DNA of 64,000 nt, taken from assembly GCA_002269645.1 (NCBI GenBank), contig NIVC01001510.1, positions 212,431-276,430 of the forward strand, in the 5' to 3' direction. The notes beneath the pieces were generated by a model. The model searched no databases. It was not told the origin of the DNA and saw only the letters and a list, made by a program, of their open reading frames with translations. Source of the DNA: Macrostomum lignano (lineage: Eukaryota). Both the position numbers and the translations under genes were made by a program. Below, in pieces: positions 23,692-35,220 of this stretch; positions within the stretch are counted from its first letter, which is position 1, and every line of letters begins with the position of its first letter.

Positions 23692-24886
23692 CTATGACTC
23701 AACTGCGATTTCCTATGATATTTCATGACTCAACTGCGATTTCCAATGAAATTCCATGACTCAACTGCGATTTACGATGATATTCTATGACTCAACTGCG
23801 ATTTCCGATGAAATTCTATGACTCAACTGCGATTTCCGATGATATTCTATGACTCAACTGCGATTTCCGATGAAATTCTATGACTCAACTGCGATTTCCG
23901 ATGAAATTCTATGACTCAACTGCGATTTCCGATGAAATTCTATGACTCAACTGCGATTTCCTATGATATTCTATGACTCAACTGCGATTTCCGCTGAAAT
24001 TCTATGACTCAACTGCGATTTCCGATGAAATTCTATGACTCAACTGCGATTCCCAATGATATTCCATGACTCAACTGCGATTTCCAATGATATTCTATGA
24101 CTCAACTGCGATTTCCGATGATATTCTATGACTCAACTGCGATTTCCGATGAAATTCTATGACTCAACTGCGATTTCCGATGAAATTCTATGACTCAACT
24201 GCGATTTCCGATGATATTCTATGACTCAACTGCGATTTCCGATGAAATTCTATGACTCAACTGCGATTTCCGATGAAATTCTATGACTCAACTGCGATTT
24301 CCGATGAAATTCTATGACTCAACTGCGATTTCCGATGAAATTCTATGACTCAACTGCGATTCCCAATGATATTCCATGACTCAACTGCGATTTCCAATGA
24401 TATTCTATGACTCAACTGCGATTTCCGATGATATTCTATGACTCAACTGCGATTTCCGATGAAATTCTATGACTCAACTGCGATTTCCGATGAAATTCTA
24501 TGACTCAACTGCGATTTCCGATGATATTCTATGACTCAACTGCGATTTCCGATGAAATTCTATGACTCAACTGCGATTTCCGATTAAATTCTATGACTCA
24601 ACTGCGATTTCCGATGAAATTCTATGACTCAACTGCGATTTCCTATGATATTCTATGACTCAACTGCGATTTACAATGATATTCTATGACTCAACTGCGA
24701 TTTCCTATGAGATTTCATGACTCAACTCACAACTGCAATTTACAATGATATTCTGACTCAACTGCGATTTCCGATGAAATTCTATGACTCAACTGCGATT
24801 TCCTATGATGTTTCATGACTCAACTGCGATTCCCAATGATATTCCATGACTCAACTGCGATTTCCTATGAAACTCTGACTCAACTG
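23692..24886. repeat. 31-bp minisatellite (CTATGACTCAACTGCGATTTCCGATGAAATT), about 38 copies, in the EF-hand gene intron
   Basis: Unit and period read directly from the sequence. Confidence 0.97.
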
Positions 24887-25178
24887 ACTCTAAGGCGACG
24901 TAAGCTTCATTAATTTTAGTGGCATAAATAGTAAGTGTGGATGAGCATATTAGACACTAATTAGCCTTCTTGAGCTATTAGAAAGTTAAGCACTAGTACG
25001 AGACTCTTGGGCGGCTCTTTCTCAACGCTTTTACGATTCTACAACACACGTGACTCGCTCATTACTCAAAAGTCGCCTCACCGTCGTATTAGAGCCGTTT
25101 GAGTCGTTAAAAAGTCACAAGAGTCACCCAGAGTCGCTACAGAGTTTTTACTAACGGCGTTTTCAACTGGCAGGTTAC

Positions 25179-25450
25179 CTTGGCCGCCAGCGCTACGAAG
25201 GCATCGGCGCCGATCCGGCCAGTGCCGCCGGGGTCGGCCTCGGCGCGGTACTGCGCCACCTCCGCCTCCGTCACGACGAAGCCTGCCAGCCGGAGCGCGT
25301 CGCCCAGCTGCCCGACGGCAAGGCCGACGCCGCGGCGACGCGAAACAGTGCGAAAAGCCGACATCCAGGCTTCTCGAGTTGCGGCGTCAACGTTGGGTGG
25401 CTTCGGTGTCTCCCTCGCGTCGTCAACATCGTCGGCGCTGCTTGCTGCTT
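25179..25450 (-). CDS. Calmodulin/myosin-light-chain-like EF-hand protein, exon 2 (N-lobe)
   Basis: ...REAWMSAFRTVSRRRGVGLAVGQLGDALRLAGFVVTEAEVAQYRAEADPGGTGRIGADAFVALAAK. CTAAT branch site, pyrimidine tract and CAG acceptor; GTAAC donor; phase 1 to 0. Confidence 0.85.
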
Positions 25451-26208
25451 CTGGATTGTTTTGGGAAGCGATGTAGGGAAAAATTAGTTTGTCCTCGTTT
25501 AATTTTAACTTATGAAGTCGCGAGAAGGAAGTATATGAAATACAGGAACCGAAAATGCGGGATTGTCTTGCTGAACCGCACTTGAAATAATTTCTTTGTG
25601 TCACGTCCAATGACTTACTGGTGCTTATTGTACGCTCTTATACGGAGTTTATTTCAAGGTTCAATGTTGCTTCAAAGGTGCATTATAGGAGTTTTTGCTC
25701 AAATTGTAGTTTGTCATCCAATTTGACAATTCCCATTCAGCAGGCAGCAGATTTAGTTTTGCCCATAGACATAAACAAAGACAGAAAAAGGCAAGCTTAA
25801 GGAAGGCGATTTTAAGCATGATACTTAACTGATTGAGCTTAAAAAATGAAAAACAGTTTTGAAAACTGGGAGATTTCAAGTCTATGAGAGAGGTTGCTGC
25901 TGGCATTCTTATTTGTGCTGATGTCTATGGCCGAATCATCAACTTGCTTGCCTGTTTTCCGTCTATGTCTATGGGCAAGACCAAATCTACATGTACTTGC
26001 CAAATGGGAATTAACAACTTGGAATTGGCTAAACTACCAACTTGGCTGAAAAAAGCAATACATGTACTGATCAATTAGTGCAAAAAGTTCTCTACTTGAA
26101 CTTCTCTACTTTCAAAAATTGCCTATGACCCAATTACAAGGGTAATAAACTTCTAGGTGGTCCTTGAAACGTACCTGTCTGGTTAAAACAGCCCCAAGAC
26201 TCTCTTAC

Positions 26209-26281
26209 CAAGCTCGTCAGATTCAGCGGAATTCTGGAATTTTCCCAGCGCAGTCTCCACACCGTGCTCTTGAACTGCCAT
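26209..26281 (-). CDS. EF-hand protein, probable exon 1
   Basis: ATG...MAVQEHGVETALGKFQNSAESDEL then G|GTAAG, phase 1, joining exon 2 in frame (199 aa total). No homology support. Confidence 0.55.
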
Positions 26282-27999
26282 TAGAATTGGCAACTTTGGT
26301 TACTCAAATAATTTCGTTTTTCTATTGAAATTACCATACAATCTCGTCGAAATTGCGCCTAATATGCTGAAGATCATTAAACATGTGCTCACGATTGAGA
26401 CAGGCAAATTTTCAAAAAAACTGGAATGAGCTATTTTTCTTTCACTTGGACGTTGCCAAGCATGCGTGAGCATACAACGTTTGATAGCTGGCTGTTCGTA
26501 TCGCGCATGCTTGCATGTGTGCTCACAATTTGAGATCTCTTATCAAGTTCAGGCGTTATTCATAAGTAGCTCGTATGGTTAAAATTATTATTAAAATTAT
26601 AGCTTGCATGTAGGTAGGTATAGTGAGCCCCAAACAGCCATGCAGAAATAGCGGTTCAATAGATAGACTTTTTCTATGATTTTTGTGTGAATTATTTTCT
26701 ATAAGTTTCTGGGAAAAGTTTTTATTGTCTTACCGGAAAAAAAGTATTGCTGCTGTTCAGAACTTTGCTGCTAAAATTGCAAATGTACATGTACAGTCAC
26801 CCCTCCGGAACTTTGATGGCTAATAATATGATAATTTTAGTAACTCGGATGAGGTTCAGATGTTTTTGAAGAACAAAGGCAAAAGGTCAAAAAGGTTATA
26901 TCTTTTTTTTGATGGCTTAAGTAGTTTAGTCTCCTTTAAATGAAAATAATATTTATGCTTCAATACAGTGCAATTTGCAAGCACATACACCTTTACGCAC
27001 ACATCTTTTAGAGTTGTCATATTCATAATTTTTTCAATATTTTTATCTATCGCAGATAGCTACATGTAATTATGTTAAAATCCCAGTACTTTTAAAGGTT
27101 GCGGCCAGAACCAAAAGTATCACTTTATGTGTAACAGCTATTGCCATCGAATAGAGCACGTACGCGTACGTGGGTATTCATGTAGTATATGTACATGTAC
27201 AAGTACATGTACATTGGCAATATCACCGTTATGATATTTAACTTAAGAGAGAATTGAGACCCCTATTTATATAAGCTGAATTACGTTATTGAATTTTTTC
27301 TCTAGATTATATAAAGACTGCTGTTTGCTTAACTATTTTTAGCAAGATGTGAGAAGATAAATTATATCAGGCTATTTTGAAAACGTTGGTACAATGGAGC
27401 GGCTTTGTGGAAGCCTAATGTTTTGATACATGAATTAAACCAGATTCAATTCGACATCTTGTGACGAATTGTTCTGTAAAAAGATTTTTTTGAATTTTAA
27501 CCGCCGATCTATGTTATTTATTGACGATTGTTGATCACTGAAGCAATTTCATTTTAAAGTCGGTCCATCAATTATTGTAACGGCGTTCACATTTCCAAAC
27601 CGAAAGCTACAAGCATTCAAACAAATATTCTTAAGAGAGTTTCAGAGATAAAATATAAAAAAAATAAAGCATTTGAGATTAGCTGTATTGATAAAATTTA
27701 ATTCAAAATTTGTGGTTCTTACCTGAAATTTTATACTAATATTGTAGTAACTACTTACGCCGTCTATGACATGACTTCAATGTTGGGAATTCTAGTTATT
27801 ATTACTCCAAAAACACTCTTCACTTCGTCTGAAGATTCAACAGCATGCAGATGCAGATGCGAATATTTTTACGATCCAATTTCAAAGAATATACAATGCG
27901 ATACTATCTTTGTTTCTATTTATTATTCAATCTGTATGTATAGCTTTTACAGTTTGTTTGTGTGCCTTGGGGTTAACTGATTAATTTTTTTAAGTTTTG

Positions 28000-28018
28000 A
28001 TGAGCTACAGCTGGCCAG
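28000..28018 (+). CDS. Possible short first exon of the coiled-coil gene (MSYSWP)
   Basis: ATG AGC TAC AGC TGG CCA G|GTATGT is a strong donor. Phase 1 joins the CACTGCAG acceptor at 28738 in frame with the 342-aa ORF. Confidence 0.4.
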
Positions 28019-28738
28019 GTATGTGATATTGATACCTATAGAAGCAGTAAGATTTCAATTGGATTTTATAGTTCTGAAAGTTTGAAAAAGATTACTCCAA
28101 ATCATTCAAATATTAGATTTTTTAATTTTGAAGACTAATTTGCTTTACTTTCTCAGCTCGTAGTAGTAATTTGCTCTGCTGGATGCATCCTCATTCCTTA
28201 AAAATGATTGTGAATGTGACTATAGAGTTTATCTATTAGCATCAGAAATGTTGCATTTATAACAAGCCATATTAAAAGTCCGAAATGTTTTTAATAGCAA
28301 ACTACTAAGTTGTGTGATATTTTACTTTGTTTTTACGCTCGTATATCAAAATGAACTACTTAATACTGTATGTAATTTATATTATTGTTACACGTTCTAT
28401 AAGTCTAGGCTGATATTAAAGTTAGGGCTTAGCTGCTAAATTCAAATTCTCATGACCTTTAAAGTAAAAGTAAAAAACTCTTAGCTCAAATCACTAAGAT
28501 TAAAAATGAGCTAGAACCAATAGTAGTGCCTTTCTTAACACAACTGCAAATAGCAACTTTGGCTGAAATAATATTACTAAAAATGAGATTTTTTACCAAT
28601 CTCCTATTTTTCACCTGAGTAGGTTATGCCTATTTTTATTTAACTCTTAAAACCGCTACTTCAAATAATAGCTTAAGTTCCATGGTTTACAATGGCTAGT
28701 ATTGCTTTAATTTTGCTTTTGCTCAACATACACTGCAG

Positions 28739-29769
28739 AGATGCAGCAGCGACCAGCTTCGCCAAACGCCGGCGACGGCGCAGACAGCCGCAGGCGAATC
28801 CAGCAGCTGGAACACGAAGCCGCCGAGCTGCGCACTCAACTGGCCACAGTGGTGGCGCTGGTCCGCGCCGCCTGGGCCGGCAGCCAGGAGGCCACCGACC
28901 AGCTGGCTGACGCCGTCAACTGGACTGGCGAAGTGGCGGTGGAAGACTTGGAGCCGTCGGCATCGACGTTGCTGCTCTCTCACGAGCAGAAAGAAGCCCT
29001 CCGCCGTCGCGTGTCTCAGCTGGAAGACCTGCTCAGCCAGGAGGAGCTCCGAGCCGCCTGGGACACCCAGAAGCGCCGAGTCTCATTTCGACCGACGTCC
29101 GGCAATGCCAGCCACTTTGGCGGCGGCAGCGGTGGTACCGGGGCTTCAGCAACGGGGATTCGAGTCCGCGACCTCGTCTTGCCAGCTTCGGGCGCGCCAG
29201 TTGCCCGCGTATCACCGCGGATGCCGGCACCGGCACCACCGCCGCAGCCTCCAGACGACCTGTTCGACCCGCAGAGCCTGATGGCCCGCGCCAACGCCCG
29301 CGTCCAGTCGGCCGCTTGCCCGCCGCCTCCGCGTCCGAATTCGTCAATCGGCGGCGGGCGGCAACGGCCCCGCACTGGCGGCCCGGCTGAGCAGCGGCGA
29401 CGTCAGCAGTCCTCGTCGTCGTCTTCGTCAATACCGCCGACGCCGATTCCGTCGGGGCCCGCCGGCGTCTCCGTGATCGGCGAGCGGCCGTTGAAGTTCG
29501 AGCGCGGCGGCGGGTCGGCGGTGGAGAGCGGCGGCTTCTCAGTCAGGAATCAGCAGCAGCCACAGCAGCAGCGCCTGGCCTCCGGGCGTCTCGTCCCATC
29601 TGGCAGACGGCGCGGTCAGCAGCAGCAGGCGCAGCAGCAGCAGGCGGACCGACTGGCAGCGGAGGTGTCGGCCGCGGAGCAGCGCGGTGGCCAACTGGAG
29701 TCGGAGTTCGACCGGGTGATGTTAGACCTGCAGCGCAAGCTCGGCCTGGACTCTCACGGCCTGGTATGA
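28739..29769 (+). CDS. Uncharacterised coiled-coil protein (about 342-349 aa) with a KRRVSF (RVxF) motif
   Basis: Long GC-rich ORF sharply bounded by AT-rich DNA, with codon style like the other genes here. Heptad-like segments RRRIQQLEHEAAELRTQLATVV, EALRRRVSQLEDLL and LESEFDRVMLDLQRKL. Family not recognised. Confidence 0.78.
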
Positions 29770-29957
29770 GGGGGGCTCAGGGCTGACTGCCTCTCCGATG
29801 GCGGTTTGACAGCTGCCTGCATCATCTTGTCCACCTCACCGGATGCGTTGTTTGCTGGAAGAAGAGCTTCACGAGTCCAAAAAATTCACAAGGCCTAAAC
29901 TTTGCAGCCTCTGATTTTTTCACGATTTTAAGAATCCAACTGGGCAAAGTTGGTGCT

Positions 29958-30474
29958 TTGAAGGTTGAGGTTTGTGAAGATTGAGGTTTGTGAAGGTTCA
30001 GATTTGTGAAGGTTGAGGTTTGTGAAGGTTGAGGTTTGTGAAGGTTGAGGTTTGTGAAGGTTGAGGTTTGTGAAGGTTGAGGTTTGTGAAGGTTGAGGTT
30101 TGTGAAGGTTGAGGTTTGTGAAGGTTGAGATTTGTGAAGGTTGAGGTTTGTGACGGTTGAGGTTTGTGAAGGTTGAGGTTTGTGAAGGTTGAAGTTTGTG
30201 AAGGTTGAGGTTTGTGAAGGTTGAGGTTTGTGAAGGTTGAGGTTTGTGAAGGTTGAGGTTTGTGAAGGTTGAGGTTTGTGAAGGTTGAGATTTGTGAAGG
30301 TTGAGGTTTGTGACGGTTGAGGTTTGTGAAGGTTGAGATTTGTGAAGGTTGAGATTTGTGAAGGTTGAGGTTTATGAAGGTTGAGGTTTGTGAAGGTTGA
30401 GGTTTGTGAAGGTTGAAGTTTGTGAAGGTTGAGGTTTGTGAAGGTTGAGGTTTGTGAAGGTTGAGGTTTATGAA
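29958..30474. repeat. 16-bp satellite (GAAGGTTGAGGTTTGT), about 32 copies
   Basis: Read directly. Related to the synaptogyrin-intron 16-mer. Confidence 0.96.
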
Positions 30475-31022
30475 AGGCCATGTTCTCGGGCTTTTGGCCC
30501 AGATTTGGCAGAGCCTCGTTGCAATTTGTTGAATTTAACTCGAGAAAAGCTACACCCTAATGAAATCTCCGTTTTCCCAATCAAATTTATTTGTTGCTTT
30601 GGTTTTGACAGTTATTTTGATAGCTAGTTTCCTGTAAAGCACTTGGATCACCGAATTCATTTTTTTGGTTTTCAGTCCTTTTCAAGAGAAGAAATAATAC
30701 ACTGATTACGCTTGATGCTTTGTATGTACAAGCCTATGTCAATCGCTTTTATGTCCTTGATATTACACACTGTATATTGCTTGCTTAGTACGAAAGCTTC
30801 ATTGAATTTGTATTTAAATTCAACGCGGGTGATTTCCACTACTTACTTGCAATCTCTTACTGTAAGTAGTACATATAGTGACTGAATAATATTTTCAGGC
30901 TAAGCACATCGCATCCACGCTCAGAGCGTAGCCAAAATTTTCTATTTGGGGAAGGGTTGTCTGTACGCAAACCTAATCTTCTTTCACTGGGCACCAATTG
31001 AGTTGAGAGTTGAGTACTCGTA

Positions 31023-31199
31023 TGCGCCAGCACCAGAGGCGCCAGCACCAGAGGCGCCAGCACCAGAGGCGCCAGCACCAGAGGCGCCAGCACCAGAGGC
31101 GCCAGCACCAGAGGCGCCAGCACCAGAGGCGCCAGCACCAGAGGCGCCAGCACCAGAGGCGCCAGCACCAGAGGCGCCAGCACCAGAGGCGCCAGCACA
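31023..31199. repeat. Perfect 15-bp tandem repeat (GAGGCGCCAGCACCA), about 12 copies
   Basis: Read directly. It generates the APEAP, LAPLV and WRLWC ORFs. Confidence 0.96.
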
Positions 31200-33711
31200 A
31201 TTTTTGTGCTTGTTTAAAAAAACGAACTTCTGAGCAGTTCTGAGCAATGCTCGATCAAAGCGTAGAAGCTTTTTGCCCGCGGTCGTAGGCTCGATTCTCA
31301 GCAGGCAAATGTGGATGAAACTAAAGTAATTTTTTAGCGAAAGACTGATAAAGAGGCCATTTTTGGTTAAATTTTATATGGTTGCACACAGAGCCAGTGG
31401 GGTCAGTGCTCATCGATCATCTGCCCACAGTTTCTCAGGCATCAGATGCTTTTTGTAAGTGTATCGGATTATCAACTTTGCATGGGAGACTGGCTTACAG
31501 AATTGAGAGACATGGATGGTTAAAGACACAATTGGCTCAATTCACTCAATTATTGATTGAAACATTTTTGACTCAAAGCGAATTCTTGACTTTTGTAACG
31601 AAATTTTTTGAATCCCAGCCCGCACGGGGCAGATTGGCCGGTTCGATTGTTGCCGACCAAATGCCGGCGAAATTCGATTTCTAAAAAAATCTCTTTTGAA
31701 CGGCGGTTCCTATCTGCGAGTTTTCCTATGAGCTATCAAGTTTCGATCGATCCAGATTGAGATTGAATAACAATCGGTGATTTGGAGTTCTCAGCTCTCA
31801 AATAGCTACTCAGTTGACGAGTCTCCTGGCAACCGCCCCCCTCCCCCGAGGCTCCTTTTCGAATCTTTCCGGAAGCGCTCGATTCCGCTTTCTCCAATTT
31901 TTTTGCAGACGAAGCTGAAGCTTCTTCGTGCCCTGTCTTCCCCCCTCCCCGCCGCGGGGCCCGAGCGGACTGATTGCCTTGACGGTGCGAAATCAGAAAG
32001 TCTTTCCCAGTGTGTGTGCCCTCCTCTGTTGGTCTCTGCATAATTGCCCGACAACCAGTGATGATACACTGCTGTGGGCTGGAGGGGGGGAGCAAAGCTT
32101 GTAGGAATGAGGAAATGGAAAATGAATGAGCAGCTCCCTTGCGGCTTCGGAGCAAACCGGAAGGCGAGGCTCGCTCAGAGTCGGCGTCTCGGCTCTTATT
32201 AGCTCGGAGGGAGCCGGCAGGGGGCCGCGGGCAAAGGCGGTTGCTGAGAGGCGGCTCCTGTTTGGGCAAAACTCGCAGGGGCCGTGCTCCGAGGGGACGA
32301 ACCGTTTTTCTATTGCGCTTTAAAAAGCTGGTTGAATCTTTCGCAAAGTTTTGCTAAAGAGAGAATGACAAAAAGGGAAAGCTGCCCAGAGGGTTCGAGA
32401 GCTGCTTTGAGCCGCAGGGGCGCCCGCCCGCTGAGCAGGAGAAGATGAGGCACGGGACGGGGGATTCTCTGAGCTCCAACGGCTGAGGAATCGTGACTGG
32501 TCATTGTTGGACACAGGCAATTAAGGGTCTCCTCTGTGCTTTGATGTCTAACGGAGGCCAGAAACTGAGCTGCCCCCCCCCCCGGTAAATTGGGACGCCT
32601 TGGAGACTCGAAAAGCCGGAAGAAGTCGCGATTTGAAATGACCAGAGGAAAAAGCCAAGTTAAAAAGAAGAGTCTGGTCAGCACAGGCAGAGAAACAGGA
32701 TCCGCCAGTTGTTTAATTGTTTTCCAATTACGCTGGAAACTCTTTGTAACAAAGAGCGGCAGCGGCTCCGGACGGCCGGCCGGCCGAGTGGACGGCAAGT
32801 CACGTCCGAGCGGGCGGCTCAAAGGGCCAGTTGGTCGTTTTTTTGCCACACGGGCTTCGTTTGGGGGAGTTGGAGACGCCGGACACGCAACTGAGCTCGG
32901 ATCAAACAGAGTTCAGTCAGGCCCTTCAGTCTGACTTTATCCTGGCTTTCTTTGGGGGGGGGGGTGGATGGTTGAGATCTAAGTTTTTCCTCATCGGTAA
33001 GCATTGTTCCCCTCTGTGTTCGAATGTTATCTTTAAGCCCTTGTCGAGATTCCAGTCCGCGTTGAGCAGCTTCTCAGCCACGTTGGATTTTTCAAGTTTT
33101 TTTTCATCAGACTCAATTTATGGCATAAATCATGGCGAATGAGGCATATTTGGATAACAATACGAGTATATGGCTTTTGTAGATTAGAACTGAGTCAAGT
33201 GTTCTCAAATACAATGGCGGCCTCGATGCCTTAGGCCAGATTATGGTGAAAAATCCACTTGAGAAATAAGGAGATGCCAATAACGAAGTGACTCGCGCCT
33301 CTTATGCTGGAATTGTCATCTATAGTTGCACACAATGCCTCCCAGATCATTGGCTGGCTTTGACTTGTCGATAACATCAAAAACTATTTAGTGCACTTTC
33401 AAGACTTTTTGAAAATCTTCGAAATTGGAAATGTCAGACTGTTTCGAACCGTCAACGTGTCTAATAGGGAATAATACACAGTCCTTCCTTCCCTCGGAAT
33501 CCCACACATTGCCATCAAAGTTGGCGTGTTGGCGAAGTTGCTCTGAGATCCCAACGGGGATCTCCCTCCGCGCTGCGCTCTCTCGCGGTCGACTGTATCT
33601 CCGCAGAGCATCGCGCCGCTCAGCGGGAATCTTCGAGACCCAGGGACACCTTGAACCTGACTCCTGGAGTGCCAATCCTTCCCCAACTCTCTCATTCACC
33701 GCATCTCAACC

Positions 33712-33961
33712 AAGAGTTGGTGAAGAGTTGATGGTGAAGAATTGATAAAGAGTCAGTGAAGATCTGATAAACAGTTGGTGAAGAGTTGATGAAGAGTTGG
33801 TGAAGAGTTGATAGAGTCGGTGAAGAGTTGATAGAGTCGATGAGATGTTGATAGAGTTGGTGAAGAGTTGATGAAGATTGGTGAAGATTTGGTGAAGATT
33901 TGGTGTAGATTTGGTGAAGATTTGGTGCAGATTTGGTGAAGATTTGGTGAAGATTTGGTGA
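33712..33961. repeat. Degenerate 11-bp repeat (TTGGTGAAGAG/T)
   Basis: Read directly from the sequence. Confidence 0.85.
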
Positions 33962-34829
33962 AAAGTGGGCACTCCTGGTTCTGATTTAAGAAGTCCTTGG
34001 CCCAGCTTTAGCCACCCATAGCTAACGAGGGACCATGCAGATTGAAGGTCGGGGGCGGGGCCAAACACCGGACTGTATGGGACGGGGCCCCGCAAAACAA
34101 ACAGCGACTGCTGCTGCTGCTGCGGCCCGGGTATCTGCGGTGGAAATCTGCAATTGGCCCCTCTATGGCCGGGAGTCCCCGCGGGGGCCATTGGGGCCGC
34201 GGGTCCCCCAGCCCCACCCGGGATTGATAGAGCAAGCGAGAGAGGGAACAACAAGGCAATTATCCCATTTTAGCCAACTCGCTCCAACCCTCCACTCCCC
34301 TCCCCAAGCGGCCGGCAGTCAGTGGTCAAGTGCGACTGTTCCTCCCGATTCCCATTCCAAGAAACACTCCAGGTCCCCTTGGGATGGGTTCGGTGGCAGC
34401 GAGGATCTCCGGTCAGATAAATGGTGCAGGCCCGCGCCGTCCAGAGGACCACCTGCGGAGACTGGGGAGCAGAGGCGCAGATTGGGGATAAAATAGAGTC
34501 AAGTGCGCGTGCGTGGCACAGCGGGGACACGGGGGGCGGCTGCAGCCAATGTTGGCCAAAACAAGATTAGTGCCTCCCAATGTCCCAGATCTCTGTCTTG
34601 GTCAATAAAGACTGTCGCACAAAGACTTTTCGAAGGGAAACAGTCGCATTTCTGTGCCTGTTGGCCACTTTGTTAAGCTTTTCAAAAATCTTTTGATTCA
34701 GCCAGACGCAGCAGGGGCGCCGTCTGTAAATTTTAGCTTTGACATCGCTGTGTTTGAATGGGACTTCGAAGGCTTCCATTTTTGTCCATGTCAGGCAACC
34801 CCACTTCTTCATAAGTCTCTCTCCCTCTG

Positions 34830-35220
34830 CATTCAGCCTGACTCTCACACTAGACTCCATATTCAGCCTGACTCTCACACTATGCTCCATATTCAGCCTG
34901 ACTCTCAAATATGCTCCATATTCAGCCTGACTCTCAAATATGCTCCATATTCAGCCTGACTCTCAAATATGCTCCATATTCAGCCTGACTCTCACACTAG
35001 ACTCCATATTCAGCCTGACTCTCACACTATGCTCCATATTCAGCCTGACTCTCACTATGCTCCATATTCAGCCTGACTCTCACACTATACTCCATATTCA
35101 GCCTGACTCTCACACTATGCTCCATATTCAGCCTGACTCTCACACTATGCTCCATATTCAGCCTGACTCTCACACTAGACTCCATATTCAGCCTGACTCT
35201 CACACTAGACTCCATATTCA
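34830..35220. repeat. 28/30-bp minisatellite (CCATATTCAGCCTGACTCTCACACTATGCT)
   Basis: Read directly from the sequence. Confidence 0.95.

Noticed and set aside
31736-33745. Cluster of 90-180-aa ORFs, including 33388-33699 and 32310-32849
   Set aside because: No recognisable domain, overlapping on both strands and no consistent splice-phase chain. A decayed element cannot be excluded without BLASTX.
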